Position numbers and translations under genes: made by a program. Below the pieces are notes generated by a model that saw nothing but the letters and a program-made list of their open reading frames with translations, was not told the DNA's origin and did no database searches. Shown here piece after piece: positions 34,992 to 45,043 of a DNA stretch of 64,000 nt. The DNA comes from an uncultured Poribacteria bacterium (GTDB lineage Bacteria; Poribacteria; WGA-4E; WGA-3G), in the NCBI GenBank assembly GCA_958296135.2, contig CATQHZ020000001.1, forward strand, positions 1,504,001 to 1,568,000. Direction: 5' to 3'. The number at the start of each line of letters is the position of its first letter. Within the stretch, counting starts at the first letter, position 1.

Positions 34992-37900
34992 TTAACTCTT
35001 CGCCTTTTTCAGGCGGGTTTCAACGAGGTTCCTAACCGCCTCGTAAACGCCATCGCGTTCGCCTTGCGTCAATTCTAAGATGTCAAAGATGACGTTGTCG
35101 ATTGCGATGCGCGCTGGTGAAGGCCGTAAAACGTCCCATTCTTCGGATGCGAGGAGGGATGCGTCTACCCCCCCCCACCTTCACATACATGAAGTTAGGA
35201 TTAACACATAGTAGATTCTTTAATTCGTAATTCGTGATCTCCAACACGCCGCCGCCTAGATTCGCTCTCCCTCCCAGATTCGCCATTAACTGAAAGAGCG
35301 TGGAATTGAGCGAGAAACAGAGGGGAATTCTCAAGCTGTCCGGCACAGAGATTTCTATGAAGCCGTTTAACACATAGCATCCGTCGCGAGCGTACAGCGT
35401 TCTTGATGTTGATGAACTGCGCCTCTGGAAGCTGAGATGTGAGAGCGAAGGGTGACGCAAATCGTACCAAATCCGTCTGGCTTGGATAGCCGTTCTTCGG
35501 TTAAAACGTTCTGACTCACCCCATTCAATGTATGCCAAGGCAGAAGTGCCTATCAATTGCTCTTTCGTTTTTGCGCATAGAAAGAGTTGATTCCGAAGTT
35601 CGTCCAGAGCTACCTCAATGCTTTTCACGTTTCTCGGACTGGCGATAATTGGGCGTAAAAACTCTGCCTCAATACCCCAGTGTGAAATTGTTTCCGGAGC
35701 CAGTATGAAAAAATCGTTTGCCCCGGTCGTAATTCCCATCCGAAGTTTGTCAACGACATCCTCCACGCGGACAAATTTATCTTGTGCTTTTTCCAAAAGA
35801 TGCCAATAGATGTCGGGTGAACGGAGATATTTTCCACCCCACCTGTCGCCTTTGTATCTCGCCTGTTTGTCCATTCCACTGGCTAGAAGTGCCTTCTGTG
35901 AAATGGGATGAACTCGGTGCTCCGGTGTACGAGTGCGCTCTGTTGCCGTTTCGATTTCGTAGAAGATGACAGCATCTAAGACTGCCTCAAACGGTTCGGT
36001 GAAGGTGCCGAATCGCGCGGTATGTTGTAAACCTGAGTCTTGGCTGTTATCTGTAACTGCGACCAGACAAATAACGGTGTTGACATCTGCCGAGGCGAAG
36101 GAACGACGCACCGAATTGTCTAAAACCATTTTGAGGTGGCACTGTCTGAGGCAGAACTCCTGCAAATCTGTGCCGTAGAGTGTATCTAACCACGCATTAG
36201 AGGTAATGGGGCAGAAGGGGCCCTTCGGATTTAGCAACGAGAGCCCATGAAAATAGAAGTAAACGTAGAGGTCGCTGTTGCCATCTAATTTGTGTGTGAC
36301 AGCAGCGGCCGGGTTTTCCTTCGTATCCTTCTCCGGTTGATACCCGAAGAATTCGGGGAACGCCTGATAGACAGAACGCGCCAACTTCGCTTTATACGCC
36401 TTCGTGTTAGCGGGTGTTACCTCGTATCGGGATAACGTCGGATCGGCGATCTTTTTCGTGGAAACATAAGGCGGGTTCTCAATTATGATGTCAAACCCAC
36501 CGTATTGATTGAAAATTTCCACGAAGGCGATATCCCACACAAACGGCGGCGCAGTGTTCGTTTTCAACGCACCGAGGGCCTGCTGGACCTGGGCGAGGTT
36601 CGCCTCGTGCCGTGCTAATTCCGCCTGCTTCTGCTGCGTCAGCGCGTCAAGCTGCGTTTCTTCCGGTCCGCCTATTTCTGAAATCATCAGTTGTTCGGCA
36701 GAGAGAGCCTTCAGCAAGTCCCGCGTTGTTTCGATTTGCCGCGGCAGTTGGGTTTCGTAAGCTGCCAAGATGTCTCGGAAGAGCGCGTTCTCGGCGCGTT
36801 GGACATCCGCTTTCTCCGCATATTTCCGCTCGCGCTCGTTGTGGTAAAACTTGAGTTTCTCGGCTTGCAGATTTGAGATGTTGCGCGAGATGGCACTCGG
36901 CACGCCACTGCCCAACGCGCGCGTCTGCGCGAGGTTCATCCCGCCGATGTCCTGCACCAGACTATCCCCGTGCCGAAGGTTAAACGAAAAATCAGGGAGC
37001 AGCGGTGCCTCGCGAATCTGCAGTTCTGCCTCGCGAATCTCCGCCTCAATGATGAGCGCGAGCCATAGCCGCAGCTCGGCGACTTTGCAGGCCCACGGCA
37101 TCACGTCCACGCCGTAGAGATTCTTCCCGATGATGGCCTTGCGGCGTTCAAAACGGGAGGGGACAGATGCGCCGAGGTGCCGCGCGGCGCGTTCACCCAG
37201 GTCATCGAGAATGTGGAGCATGCCGACGAGGAACGAACCGCTTCCACACGCCGGATCCAACACGGTGATGCGGGTGAGATGCGCGGCGATGGCTGCCCAC
37301 TGCTCGGCGAGTTGTGCATCGGCGGCTGCCTTCTCTGTCTCGTCAAACGTGAAGAGTGCCGCGTAAAGTTTATGCTTGTGTGCTTCACCGATGTGATTTG
37401 TGAGGTTATCCACGAGCGCGAGGCGGCACATCAAGTCGATTTCAATGCGCGGCGTGTAGAAGATGCCGGCATCGCCGCGTTCATCGGTTTCGGTAGAGAC
37501 ACTGACGAGACTCTCGTAGACTTTGCCGATCATCTCGGGGTCTACGGCGACTTCCTGTTCCAAGGGTGTATCCTCGGCGATGGTAAAATTATATCCCTCA
37601 AAGAAGGTGAATATCTCTAGCCAGAGGGTATCAGGAATGGTTGTCGCATACTCGGTATCCCATTCGTTTTCTCGGAACAACCCGCCGTTGAGATAGGGAG
37701 CGTGTTGCAGTGTGTCACGGATGTCGTGTGGGAAATAGCGATACCCGCCATGAAATCGCTTGTTAAACGCGGCAAAGAAGAGGACGTTGAGCCACTTGTC
37801 GACAAATTCTCCCGGTGTCGTGCCCGTCGGGTTTCGCTGTTCTTCGGTAGGAGAGCCCTCCCGGTGTCGATGGCGTTGATACGCTTCCCAGAACGTCCGG

Positions 37901-38637
37901 AGGAAGTCCGGATTGTCTCCCAACCACCGCTTTCGCTGGAGGAAGTAGAGGAAGAGACAGCGGCTGAGGAATTGTTGCGCGGCATCGTGCGCCCACTTTT
38001 TATCAGCGGTTTGCGTTTCCAATTCGGTGTGGAGGCGTTTGAAGACGCGCTGGTAGTCGGCGAAAAACTGCGCTGTCACTGCATCGACATCAAAGGCGGC
38101 CTCGTGTTGGTTGGAAATGTCCAGCGGTGTCAGGTGGTCGAGGTTTTCAAAGAGCCCATCGGTGCCGAGTGTTTCCAGATTGAGCATTGCGATGCGTTCG
38201 GCGGCGGTGCGGAGTCGTGCGTCGGGTGCGATAGTGATGCGCCGGTAGCGGTGGCGGGCCTTGCGTTTTTCGCGTGCCTCTCGAACGAGTGTGACGTTGA
38301 CGAAGTGCCAGTGGTCTTGCGCAGCATTGCTGAAAATGTAGAGCGCGTGCGAGAATCGCGTCTGCAGGTGCGCGATGAGTTGGCGTTCATCGGTTTTCCG
38401 AAGTTTTTCGGTGTTGAGGTGCGCGTAGAGGATGTGGAAATCGTTGTTGCTGCCGGCGGCGGCAAATCGGCGCGGTGGTTCAGCGAGGCAGTCGGCGAGA
38501 GAATCGGGCAGTTCGGCGATAGGCTCATCGATGCGGGTATAGTTGAGTTCTCGCCAGAAGAGTTCGCGCAGGGGTTCGAGGCCGCGGAGATTCTGTAATA
38601 GGTTTAAGATGCGTTCGATGTTTTCGGGTGTCGGCAT
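34992..38637 (-). CDS. Type IIG (Eco57I-like) restriction-modification enzyme, frameshifted at a G9 tract near the 3' end
   Basis: GIFYTP, LDPACGSGSFL, ENPPY. After G9 (35168-35176) the typical tail IDNVIFDILELTQGERDGVYEAVRNLVETRLKKAKS* continues in another frame to TAA 34992. As sequenced the ORF stops at 35083. Confidence 0.8.
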
Positions 38638-38750
38638 TTTTGTTTTTCTCGAAGCGTTTGGTTAGGGCTTCTGGGTTTCAGTGGGTGTGACTGACCAGGC
38701 CGTCTTGACGCTTCTTTAAGGTTTTTCACATTATACAGAATAAGCGGATT

Positions 38751-39320
38751 TTAAGTCAACGCAAAAACAGAATAACCCGCCACCGAAAAAAGATTCACTC
38801 CCACCAAAACCCACAGGCTTGCCCGCGTTTGCAACCGCCGAAACAGATAGAATGAAACTGCGAGTGTCGCCAAGACTTCAATGCGGGCGACGATGTGCCC
38901 GTAATGCGCCGCGTCCCAGTAGGAGATAGGGCTTTGGAAGGCGAAGTCGGAGAGTGGGAAAAAGTGATGGTGCGCGTCGTCGTTGTGCAGAAAAAAGTCA
39001 AAACTGCAGTGGATGAGCATGCTCCAAGCCAACACCGTTATTTTCTCTGAATTGAGATGATAATAGGCTACCCCCAACAAGATGAAGATCAGCGGGATAG
39101 AATTGGAAAAATCAAAGAAGTTCTGCCATTCTTGGATGAAATACCGCGTGTTCCAGAGTTCGTGCTGCGGTGTTCGGCGGATAAACGCCTCAACGGCAAA
39201 GAAGATGAACATCGGCAGGTCTGGGAGCACCGCGCCTATCAAGGCGTAGCGGTGGCGATACGGCTTTCCTTGCCGAGAGAGTAGCGCAATATTGAAGATG
39301 GCATGGGCTTGCGTCGTCAT
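38751..39320 (-). CDS. Membrane-bound metal-dependent hydrolase-like protein
   Basis: MTTQAH, GAVLPD, HCSFDFFLHNDDAHHHFFPLSD, TM helices. Confidence 0.7.
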   Translation of the reverse strand: MTTQAHAIFNIALLSRQGKPYRHRYALIGAVLPDLPMFIFFAVEAFIRRTPQHELWNTRYFIQEWQNFFDFSNSIPLIFILLGVAYYHLNSEKITVLAWSMLIHCSFDFFLHNDDAHHHFFPLSDFAFQSPISYWDAAHYGHIVARIEVLATLAVSFYLFRRLQTRASLWVLVGVNLFSVAGYSVFALT

Positions 39321-39400
39321 TTCAATCTAATGAAGCTTCAGTAAGGGAACCGGGACTTTTTGCAGCGGGTTATGGGCGGATAGAGAGATCAGCCCTTACA

Positions 39401-40723
39401 TCAACTCACTCGCCACACCTCGCTGGCAAATGGCGGAAACAGGCAATCAAGCAACACAGCTGCTGTGTCATTTGCCCAGCAATCGACGAAATTGGCGATT
39501 AATTCATTTGTGCGGCACCGGCCACAGAGCAGTTGCAAAAAGGTAAGTTCTGGAAAAGCGGCATCGCCATCTTCTACTGAGTCCGCGCGCCAATCGGAAA
39601 TATCCGTTATCCGGCCGCTATTGAATTTCAGGTGCAAGCCGCTCCGATAGAGATTGAGTTTCAGTTCGCCGGTGTAGCCTTCCGCCACCGTGCCGATGAG
39701 GTGTTTCTCTAGTGCAGGCTGGATGTGCCGCAGGAACGCGATTAAATCCGGCACTCGTATAAACCACGCATACGGCTCTCCCTTTCGGGTGACATCTTTC
39801 GGTAACGCCGGATAGGCGGGATGCTCGCGCCCCAGCATGAATTGGATACCCGTCGCTTTTTCGCGCTCAGTCTGATTCGCGGGAGGTGTTCGTTTCGCCT
39901 GTTTCCACAGTTCACGTAGCAGCGATGGCATCAGATGTAGATAGCCTATCCCCGGTTTGCGCTCGAGTTGCGTGACGATGAAGTTATCGAAATGCCACGG
40001 TAAATATTGCACATACCCAAGCCGGGTGTCTTCCATATCTTCAATAATCATCCACTCCACCCGGTCTCCACTGCCTTCGGAGCGGCCGTTGAATTCATAC
40101 TCCCACATTGCCGGCGAACGCGGGCACGCGAAGAGGTTCTTCTCAATTGCGTTTTCGTAAACTTCCTGAATGAAGGCGTTGTCCGCAGCCATCCGCGGGC
40201 GGAGGCGACACGTTTCGGTTTGCCCTTTTTTTAACTGGGGGATGTGGAGCGCGTCAATAACCCGCTCCGCTTCCATATCCAGTGCCATTTCATAACCGAA
40301 CAGGCGATAATACCACGGGATGCCGGTGATACCGAGCATCAGTTCGCCGCGTGTCTCACTGAGCGCGTGAATGACGTCAAACTGCTTTCTCACTAACCCG
40401 CGCCGCCGATATGCCTCCTCGGTGGCGACAAGCTCGGGCCGTCCCAGTTGAAACGGAATCCCGCTGTATGTCCATGTCTGCGAGATAAGGCACATTGATG
40501 AGACGCTCTTCCCGGTCTGCGTATCTTCAACGACGGTGAAATCGCTCGCCTTGCAGGTAGGATGCCCCCCGGACATCAGGTCGCGAGTAGACACCCCATT
40601 ATCTTCTCCTTCGTGGAGACGCGTGTTGAAATCGGCAAGTGCGTCAACGTCCTCCAGCGTGGCAAATCGGAGGAGCAGATTATCGCCCAAATCGATGGGC
40701 ATTTGCGATAAAATGGTGTTCAT
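39401..40723 (-). CDS. GNAT acetyltransferase (Eis-like)
   Basis: VATEEAYRRRGLV acetyl-CoA motif, GIPWYYRLFGYE. Confidence 0.75.
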   Translation of the reverse strand: MNTILSQMPIDLGDNLLLRFATLEDVDALADFNTRLHEGEDNGVSTRDLMSGGHPTCKASDFTVVEDTQTGKSVSSMCLISQTWTYSGIPFQLGRPELVATEEAYRRRGLVRKQFDVIHALSETRGELMLGITGIPWYYRLFGYEMALDMEAERVIDALHIPQLKKGQTETCRLRPRMAADNAFIQEVYENAIEKNLFACPRSPAMWEYEFNGRSEGSGDRVEWMIIEDMEDTRLGYVQYLPWHFDNFIVTQLERKPGIGYLHLMPSLLRELWKQAKRTPPANQTEREKATGIQFMLGREHPAYPALPKDVTRKGEPYAWFIRVPDLIAFLRHIQPALEKHLIGTVAEGYTGELKLNLYRSGLHLKFNSGRITDISDWRADSVEDGDAAFPELTFLQLLCGRCRTNELIANFVDCWANDTAAVLLDCLFPPFASEVWRVS

Positions 40724-41890
40724 TTAGCCTTCCTCAATCGCCTCAACATTGGCGCGAGGCAACGTCACCGTTTGTCCCTCTTCCAATTCAACCTGCAACA
40801 CCCGCACATCTGCCTCTGTCTCCAATTGTTGGAGTGCCACGGGCAGCGCGGTGACACGTCCCAATTTGCCAAAATAGGGCTCACGAATGACGCGGACGGG
40901 GCTTCCAATTGCTAAAATACCCTCGGTGCTTTCTGCCTCTTCACGCTGATAGACAGGCCCTTGCGCTCCAGCGTCCGCCTGCGCTGCTAACGGAATAAGG
41001 ATTTCGGGCCTCACCACCCCCGCACGGATTTGTGTGGCACCGTTGATGGAGGTCTGCATTCCCTCGCGCGATTTGAGGAGTGAGAACGTCTGTTCCGCCA
41101 TCGCGATACTCCCGAATCCTTCGGTAATTACAAGCGTGATGCCGATTTCTTCAGAACCGGTAATTGCTACGCCGAGTTCGTAGCCGAGGAGTTCGCGCAG
41201 GTCTGCGTCATCGATGCCCCCCGCGATGATGCCTTTCACACCGCGGCGGATTGCCTGCTGAATTGCATCGGTTGTCACCAGCGAACCGCCAACCAGAATG
41301 TTATCCCGATGCGTTTCCTGTATGTGGGCTTCTGTCAAGGTATCGCCGGCGGCATCTGCTACAACGACAAGCGCGCCTACCGTTTCGCCGCCAACGCCGA
41401 AGATGCCCTGGATGTAAGTGCCGTAGGTTTCCACGGTAACACCTTCCTGCGGCACCGTTTCCGTTATTGCGCCATCCGCGTAAGCCTTCACTTCAACCGG
41501 AATCGGCGGCTCGCGGAGGATAACCTGCCCGGTCACATCGGATACGGATTCGATCTTGCCATCAATCGGTGAACGTGCCTGCGATTTGAAAAGCCCAAAA
41601 ATCCCTTTCGTCATGGCGATGACTTCGTCCTTCGCGACCGGCGCGCCTACCGGTTTTATCATGTATTCCGAAACTTCACCAGCGGGGACACTGAGCAGAT
41701 TTGCAACATTGAGTAGTTGAACGTTGCCCGGCAAATCCGCCTTCGCGACGACATCTTCCGCTTTGACGGTATCTCCCACTTGCACAAGAACCTCGCCTTG
41801 AAGGGGAAGTCGGCGTTCTTTCTGAGTTGTCATCCCCGCTGTTACTTTAAGTCCGGGGGTATATGCGTGTGCCAGTTGTTTTTCCTCCAC
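40724..41890 (-). CDS. Conserved hypothetical protein (barrel-sandwich repeats, C-terminal KOW-like)
   Basis: HAYTPGL, GEVLVQVGDTV, VITEGFG, VRVIREPYFG, PRANVE. Confidence 0.6.
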   Translation of the reverse strand: MEEKQLAHAYTPGLKVTAGMTTQKERRLPLQGEVLVQVGDTVKAEDVVAKADLPGNVQLLNVANLLSVPAGEVSEYMIKPVGAPVAKDEVIAMTKGIFGLFKSQARSPIDGKIESVSDVTGQVILREPPIPVEVKAYADGAITETVPQEGVTVETYGTYIQGIFGVGGETVGALVVVADAAGDTLTEAHIQETHRDNILVGGSLVTTDAIQQAIRRGVKGIIAGGIDDADLRELLGYELGVAITGSEEIGITLVITEGFGSIAMAEQTFSLLKSREGMQTSINGATQIRAGVVRPEILIPLAAQADAGAQGPVYQREEAESTEGILAIGSPVRVIREPYFGKLGRVTALPVALQQLETEADVRVLQVELEEGQTVTLPRANVEAIEEG

Positions 41891-42106
41891 GTGTATCCGG
41901 TAGGCGCGGTTTATAACCGCGCTCCTAGCAACAGACGCGCTTCCATAAAGAGTAAAAAAATAAATCAGGTTGTTTCGCGCTGGATACGGGCGGATATGAA
42001 CGACATCCGCCCTTACACTCCCCGGGCGCGCACATTTTGAAAAAATAACCCGCTCATTTTCTGAAACTTCATCAAAGCGCGTCTACCGCGCCTTGGAAAT
42101 GTCTGT

Positions 42107-43135
42107 TCACTGCCACCGTTTTAACTTCTCATGCAGTTTTGGGCTATCCACCACGGCGGAATTCACAATCCAAGATGGCAGCTGTCCGGCGGCGACGCGC
42201 GCGATGCTATCACACGCGCTCTGACTGATGCGTTGGAAACACTCATCTGTCCAGCAGATACTATGCGGCGTGACAATAACGTTGTCCAATTCCAAGAGCG
42301 GGTCGGCGGCATCAATGGGCTCTTTCTCAAAGACATCGAGCCCTGCGCCTTGGATGCGCCGATGGCGCAGTGCGTCGGTGAGTGCCGCTTGGTTAACAAT
42401 GGGCCCTCGTGCCGTGTTAATCAGGTACGCGGTAGGTTTCATCAGCCCGATGCGGCGTTCATCAATGAGTCCGCGCGTCCGGTCATTCAACGGACAACAA
42501 ACACACACGAAATCGGCGGTTTGCATTAACGTATCTAGTCCGACGAGTTCAACGTTAAGTGCAGCTGCATCAGCGGGTGAAACGTAAGGGTCGAAGGCGG
42601 TGTGCCGCATGCCGAAGGGTTGCGCGAGCCGGAACACCTCCGCGCCGATATTGCCCATGCCTACAAGTCCAAGCGTGCGTCCGACGAGGCCCATGCCCAT
42701 GTAATCCTGCTTATGTGCCCATCCGTCGCCGCGAGTGAGCCGGTCTTTTATGAGAAGTTGATGGCTGAGCGCGAGAACAAACGTGATGATGGAGGTAGCA
42801 ACCGGGCGGCGCACGCCATCGGGAGCAATTGTCAGCAACACGCCGTTTTCGGTGCAGGCATCAAGATCGACTTTATCGTAGCCTACGCCGAATCTCGCAA
42901 TGATTGCCAGTCTATCTGCCCCGGCAAGCGTTTCGGTAGTGACACCCGCGCCGAGTACTAAGAGGGCATCGTAGTTCCGCGCCTGCGCAGCGGTGAGAGT
43001 GGATGTCAGAGTTGGCAGATATTCCCAGTGTAATCCGGCGTTGTCAAAGGACGGGGCACCGATAGTGTCGAAATCGGAGGTGCCGTCGGGTTTCAGGAAG
43101 TCACGCGTGACTCCGATAGAAAATTTTTTGTCCAT
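42107..43135 (-). CDS. D-2-hydroxyacid dehydrogenase family
   Basis: GVGYDKVD, GMGNIG, INTARGPIV, LDVFEKEP, TPH. Confidence 0.9.
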   Translation of the reverse strand: MDKKFSIGVTRDFLKPDGTSDFDTIGAPSFDNAGLHWEYLPTLTSTLTAAQARNYDALLVLGAGVTTETLAGADRLAIIARFGVGYDKVDLDACTENGVLLTIAPDGVRRPVATSIITFVLALSHQLLIKDRLTRGDGWAHKQDYMGMGLVGRTLGLVGMGNIGAEVFRLAQPFGMRHTAFDPYVSPADAAALNVELVGLDTLMQTADFVCVCCPLNDRTRGLIDERRIGLMKPTAYLINTARGPIVNQAALTDALRHRRIQGAGLDVFEKEPIDAADPLLELDNVIVTPHSICWTDECFQRISQSACDSIARVAAGQLPSWIVNSAVVDSPKLHEKLKRWQ

Positions 43136-43223
43136 TATGTTCCAATAATTTGCAATACCAACGTAACTTCTGTAGTTCGGGCTCGCCCTACTTCGCAGGA
43201 AATCCGGAGTGCGCCTCCGGGCT

Positions 43224-44975
43224 TTATTCAGTTATGGAGACAGGCCGTAGATACTTCCACTGCAAAGGCGGCAGCAGGAGATTTTTAACGCTTCTGTTAA
43301 TGACGAGCAGCCGTTGGGCGTGCGCTATCGGCACCCAGGGCGCGTCCTGATGGAATATCGCCTGTGCCTGCTGATACAGTGCGATACGTTCCGCCTGTAT
43401 GGTGCTGGTTCTTGCTTGCTCCAACACCTCCTGCATCTCATCGCTGCGGTAGAACGAGATGTTCCACGCCGGTTTATCGGCTGCAGTTTTGCTCAGGAGC
43501 GGGAAGAAAAACGTATCCGGGTCGCCTGTATCAGCGATCCATCCCAAAAGAGCCATGTCGTGTTCGCCGTTTTGGGTTTTGTCCAGATAGGTTGCCCAGT
43601 CAAACGTAACAATCTCCGCTTCAATGCCGACGTTTCGCAAGTCGGATTGAAGGGCGACAGCTAGCATGCGGCCATCGGGAATATAGGGGCGCGGGACAGG
43701 GAGTGCCCAGAGCGTTGTCTCAAACCCATCGGGATACCCTGCCTCAGCGAGGAGTTGCTTTGCGAGTTCTGGGTTATAGGCGTAATCTTCAATTGTGTCG
43801 TCATAACTCCAGAGTGCTGGCGGAATTGGCACTTTCGCGGGAATTGCTGTGCCTTGGTAGAGCTGCGCGACGATTGCCGCCTTGTTAATGGCATGGTTTA
43901 CCGCTTGCCGCACCTTGAGGTTGTCAAACGGCGGTTTATCCATGTTCAACCCCAAATAACCGACGTTCAAGCCGGATTGCATGACGAGTTCAAGCCGTGC
44001 ATTGTTCTGAATCTGCGGCAAGTCGTCAGGGTTTGGAAATTCCATCACATGCAGGTTTCCGTTTTGGAGTTCCATGAACCTCACGGAATTATCGGGAATC
44101 GAGCGAAAAATCACTCTATCTAAAACGGGCCGGCCGTTCCAGTAGTTATCGTTCGCTTCTATCACGATTTTATCTTTCCTGTCCCACCGCACAAACTTAA
44201 AGGGCCCAGTGCCGATTGGGTTCTGCGAGAACGCCTCTCCCCATTTCTGTGCGGCCGTGGGACTGACAATCGAAAACGGCGTTGATGCAATGTCGTAGAT
44301 AAATGGCGCGTGCAGCCGATGGAGACGGAACTCAACGGTGAACTCATCCGGCGCGGTAATCCTGTCCACGATGTCACTTAAGCCGGTGCTTTCCCATTGG
44401 TAATAGATGCCGCCGACGTTGTGGTACGGGTGCGTCGGTTCGTGCTGGCGGTTAAACGAAAAGAGGACAGCCTCGGCGTTGAAAGGCGTTCCATCGTGAA
44501 ACGTGACACCCCGCCGGAGGTGGAATGTCCACGTGAGTCCGTCTGCGGAATTTTCCCACGATTCGGCGAGGGCTGGTTCAAGTTCAGTTGTCCCGGCACT
44601 GTATTGCACGAGGGTATCGTAGATGTTGTCGCAGACTTTGATGGATTCGCCTTCGATTAGGTGGCCCGGGTCCAGTCCAATGGAATCGCTGCCGCGCCCG
44701 AAAATCAGGGTGCCGCCGGTGCTGATGCTCACTGTCTCGCCAAAGTGTAGGGAGACGAGCTGCATGTCCCGGATATCCACGGTGCCGTCGCCGTTGGCAT
44801 CGGGATTCGGTTGCTGCGTCGGCGGGACATTCTGGCCGAGGTGTGAGGCAACAAGTGTCAAATCGAGAATATTGACAACGCCATCGGCGTTCACGTCGGG
44901 ACCAGCTGCGTGCCCCAGCGTCAAAAACAGAAGGCACAATCCGAGTGTTAAGATAGAAAAGATTGTGTTTTTCAT
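43224..44975 (-). CDS. Dockerin-like domain fused to DppA-family (SBP family 5) peptide-binding protein
   Basis: Signal peptide; DVNADGVVNILDL / DANGDGTVDIRDM repeats; LAESWE, FHDGTPFNAE, GTGPFKF. Confidence 0.85.
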   Translation of the reverse strand: MKNTIFSILTLGLCLLFLTLGHAAGPDVNADGVVNILDLTLVASHLGQNVPPTQQPNPDANGDGTVDIRDMQLVSLHFGETVSISTGGTLIFGRGSDSIGLDPGHLIEGESIKVCDNIYDTLVQYSAGTTELEPALAESWENSADGLTWTFHLRRGVTFHDGTPFNAEAVLFSFNRQHEPTHPYHNVGGIYYQWESTGLSDIVDRITAPDEFTVEFRLHRLHAPFIYDIASTPFSIVSPTAAQKWGEAFSQNPIGTGPFKFVRWDRKDKIVIEANDNYWNGRPVLDRVIFRSIPDNSVRFMELQNGNLHVMEFPNPDDLPQIQNNARLELVMQSGLNVGYLGLNMDKPPFDNLKVRQAVNHAINKAAIVAQLYQGTAIPAKVPIPPALWSYDDTIEDYAYNPELAKQLLAEAGYPDGFETTLWALPVPRPYIPDGRMLAVALQSDLRNVGIEAEIVTFDWATYLDKTQNGEHDMALLGWIADTGDPDTFFFPLLSKTAADKPAWNISFYRSDEMQEVLEQARTSTIQAERIALYQQAQAIFHQDAPWVPIAHAQRLLVINRSVKNLLLPPLQWKYLRPVSITE

Positions 44976-45043
44976 AAAGTTTCTCCAATTCAAATAGGGA
45001 GCGCGGTTACAAACCGCGTCTATCGGGTGCGTCTCGCCAAAAG

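Noticed and set aside
37702-38598. Long antisense ORF (also 52933-53790, 57009-57755, 47895-48614, 11665-12321)
   Set aside because: Shadow frames opposite well-supported genes in GC-rich DNA, with no recognisable motifs.
33163-38637. tRNA-anchored genomic island containing the R-M gene
   Set aside because: No integrase or duplicated tRNA 3' end was seen, and core genes (ispE, lipoprotein) separate the tRNA from the R-M gene.
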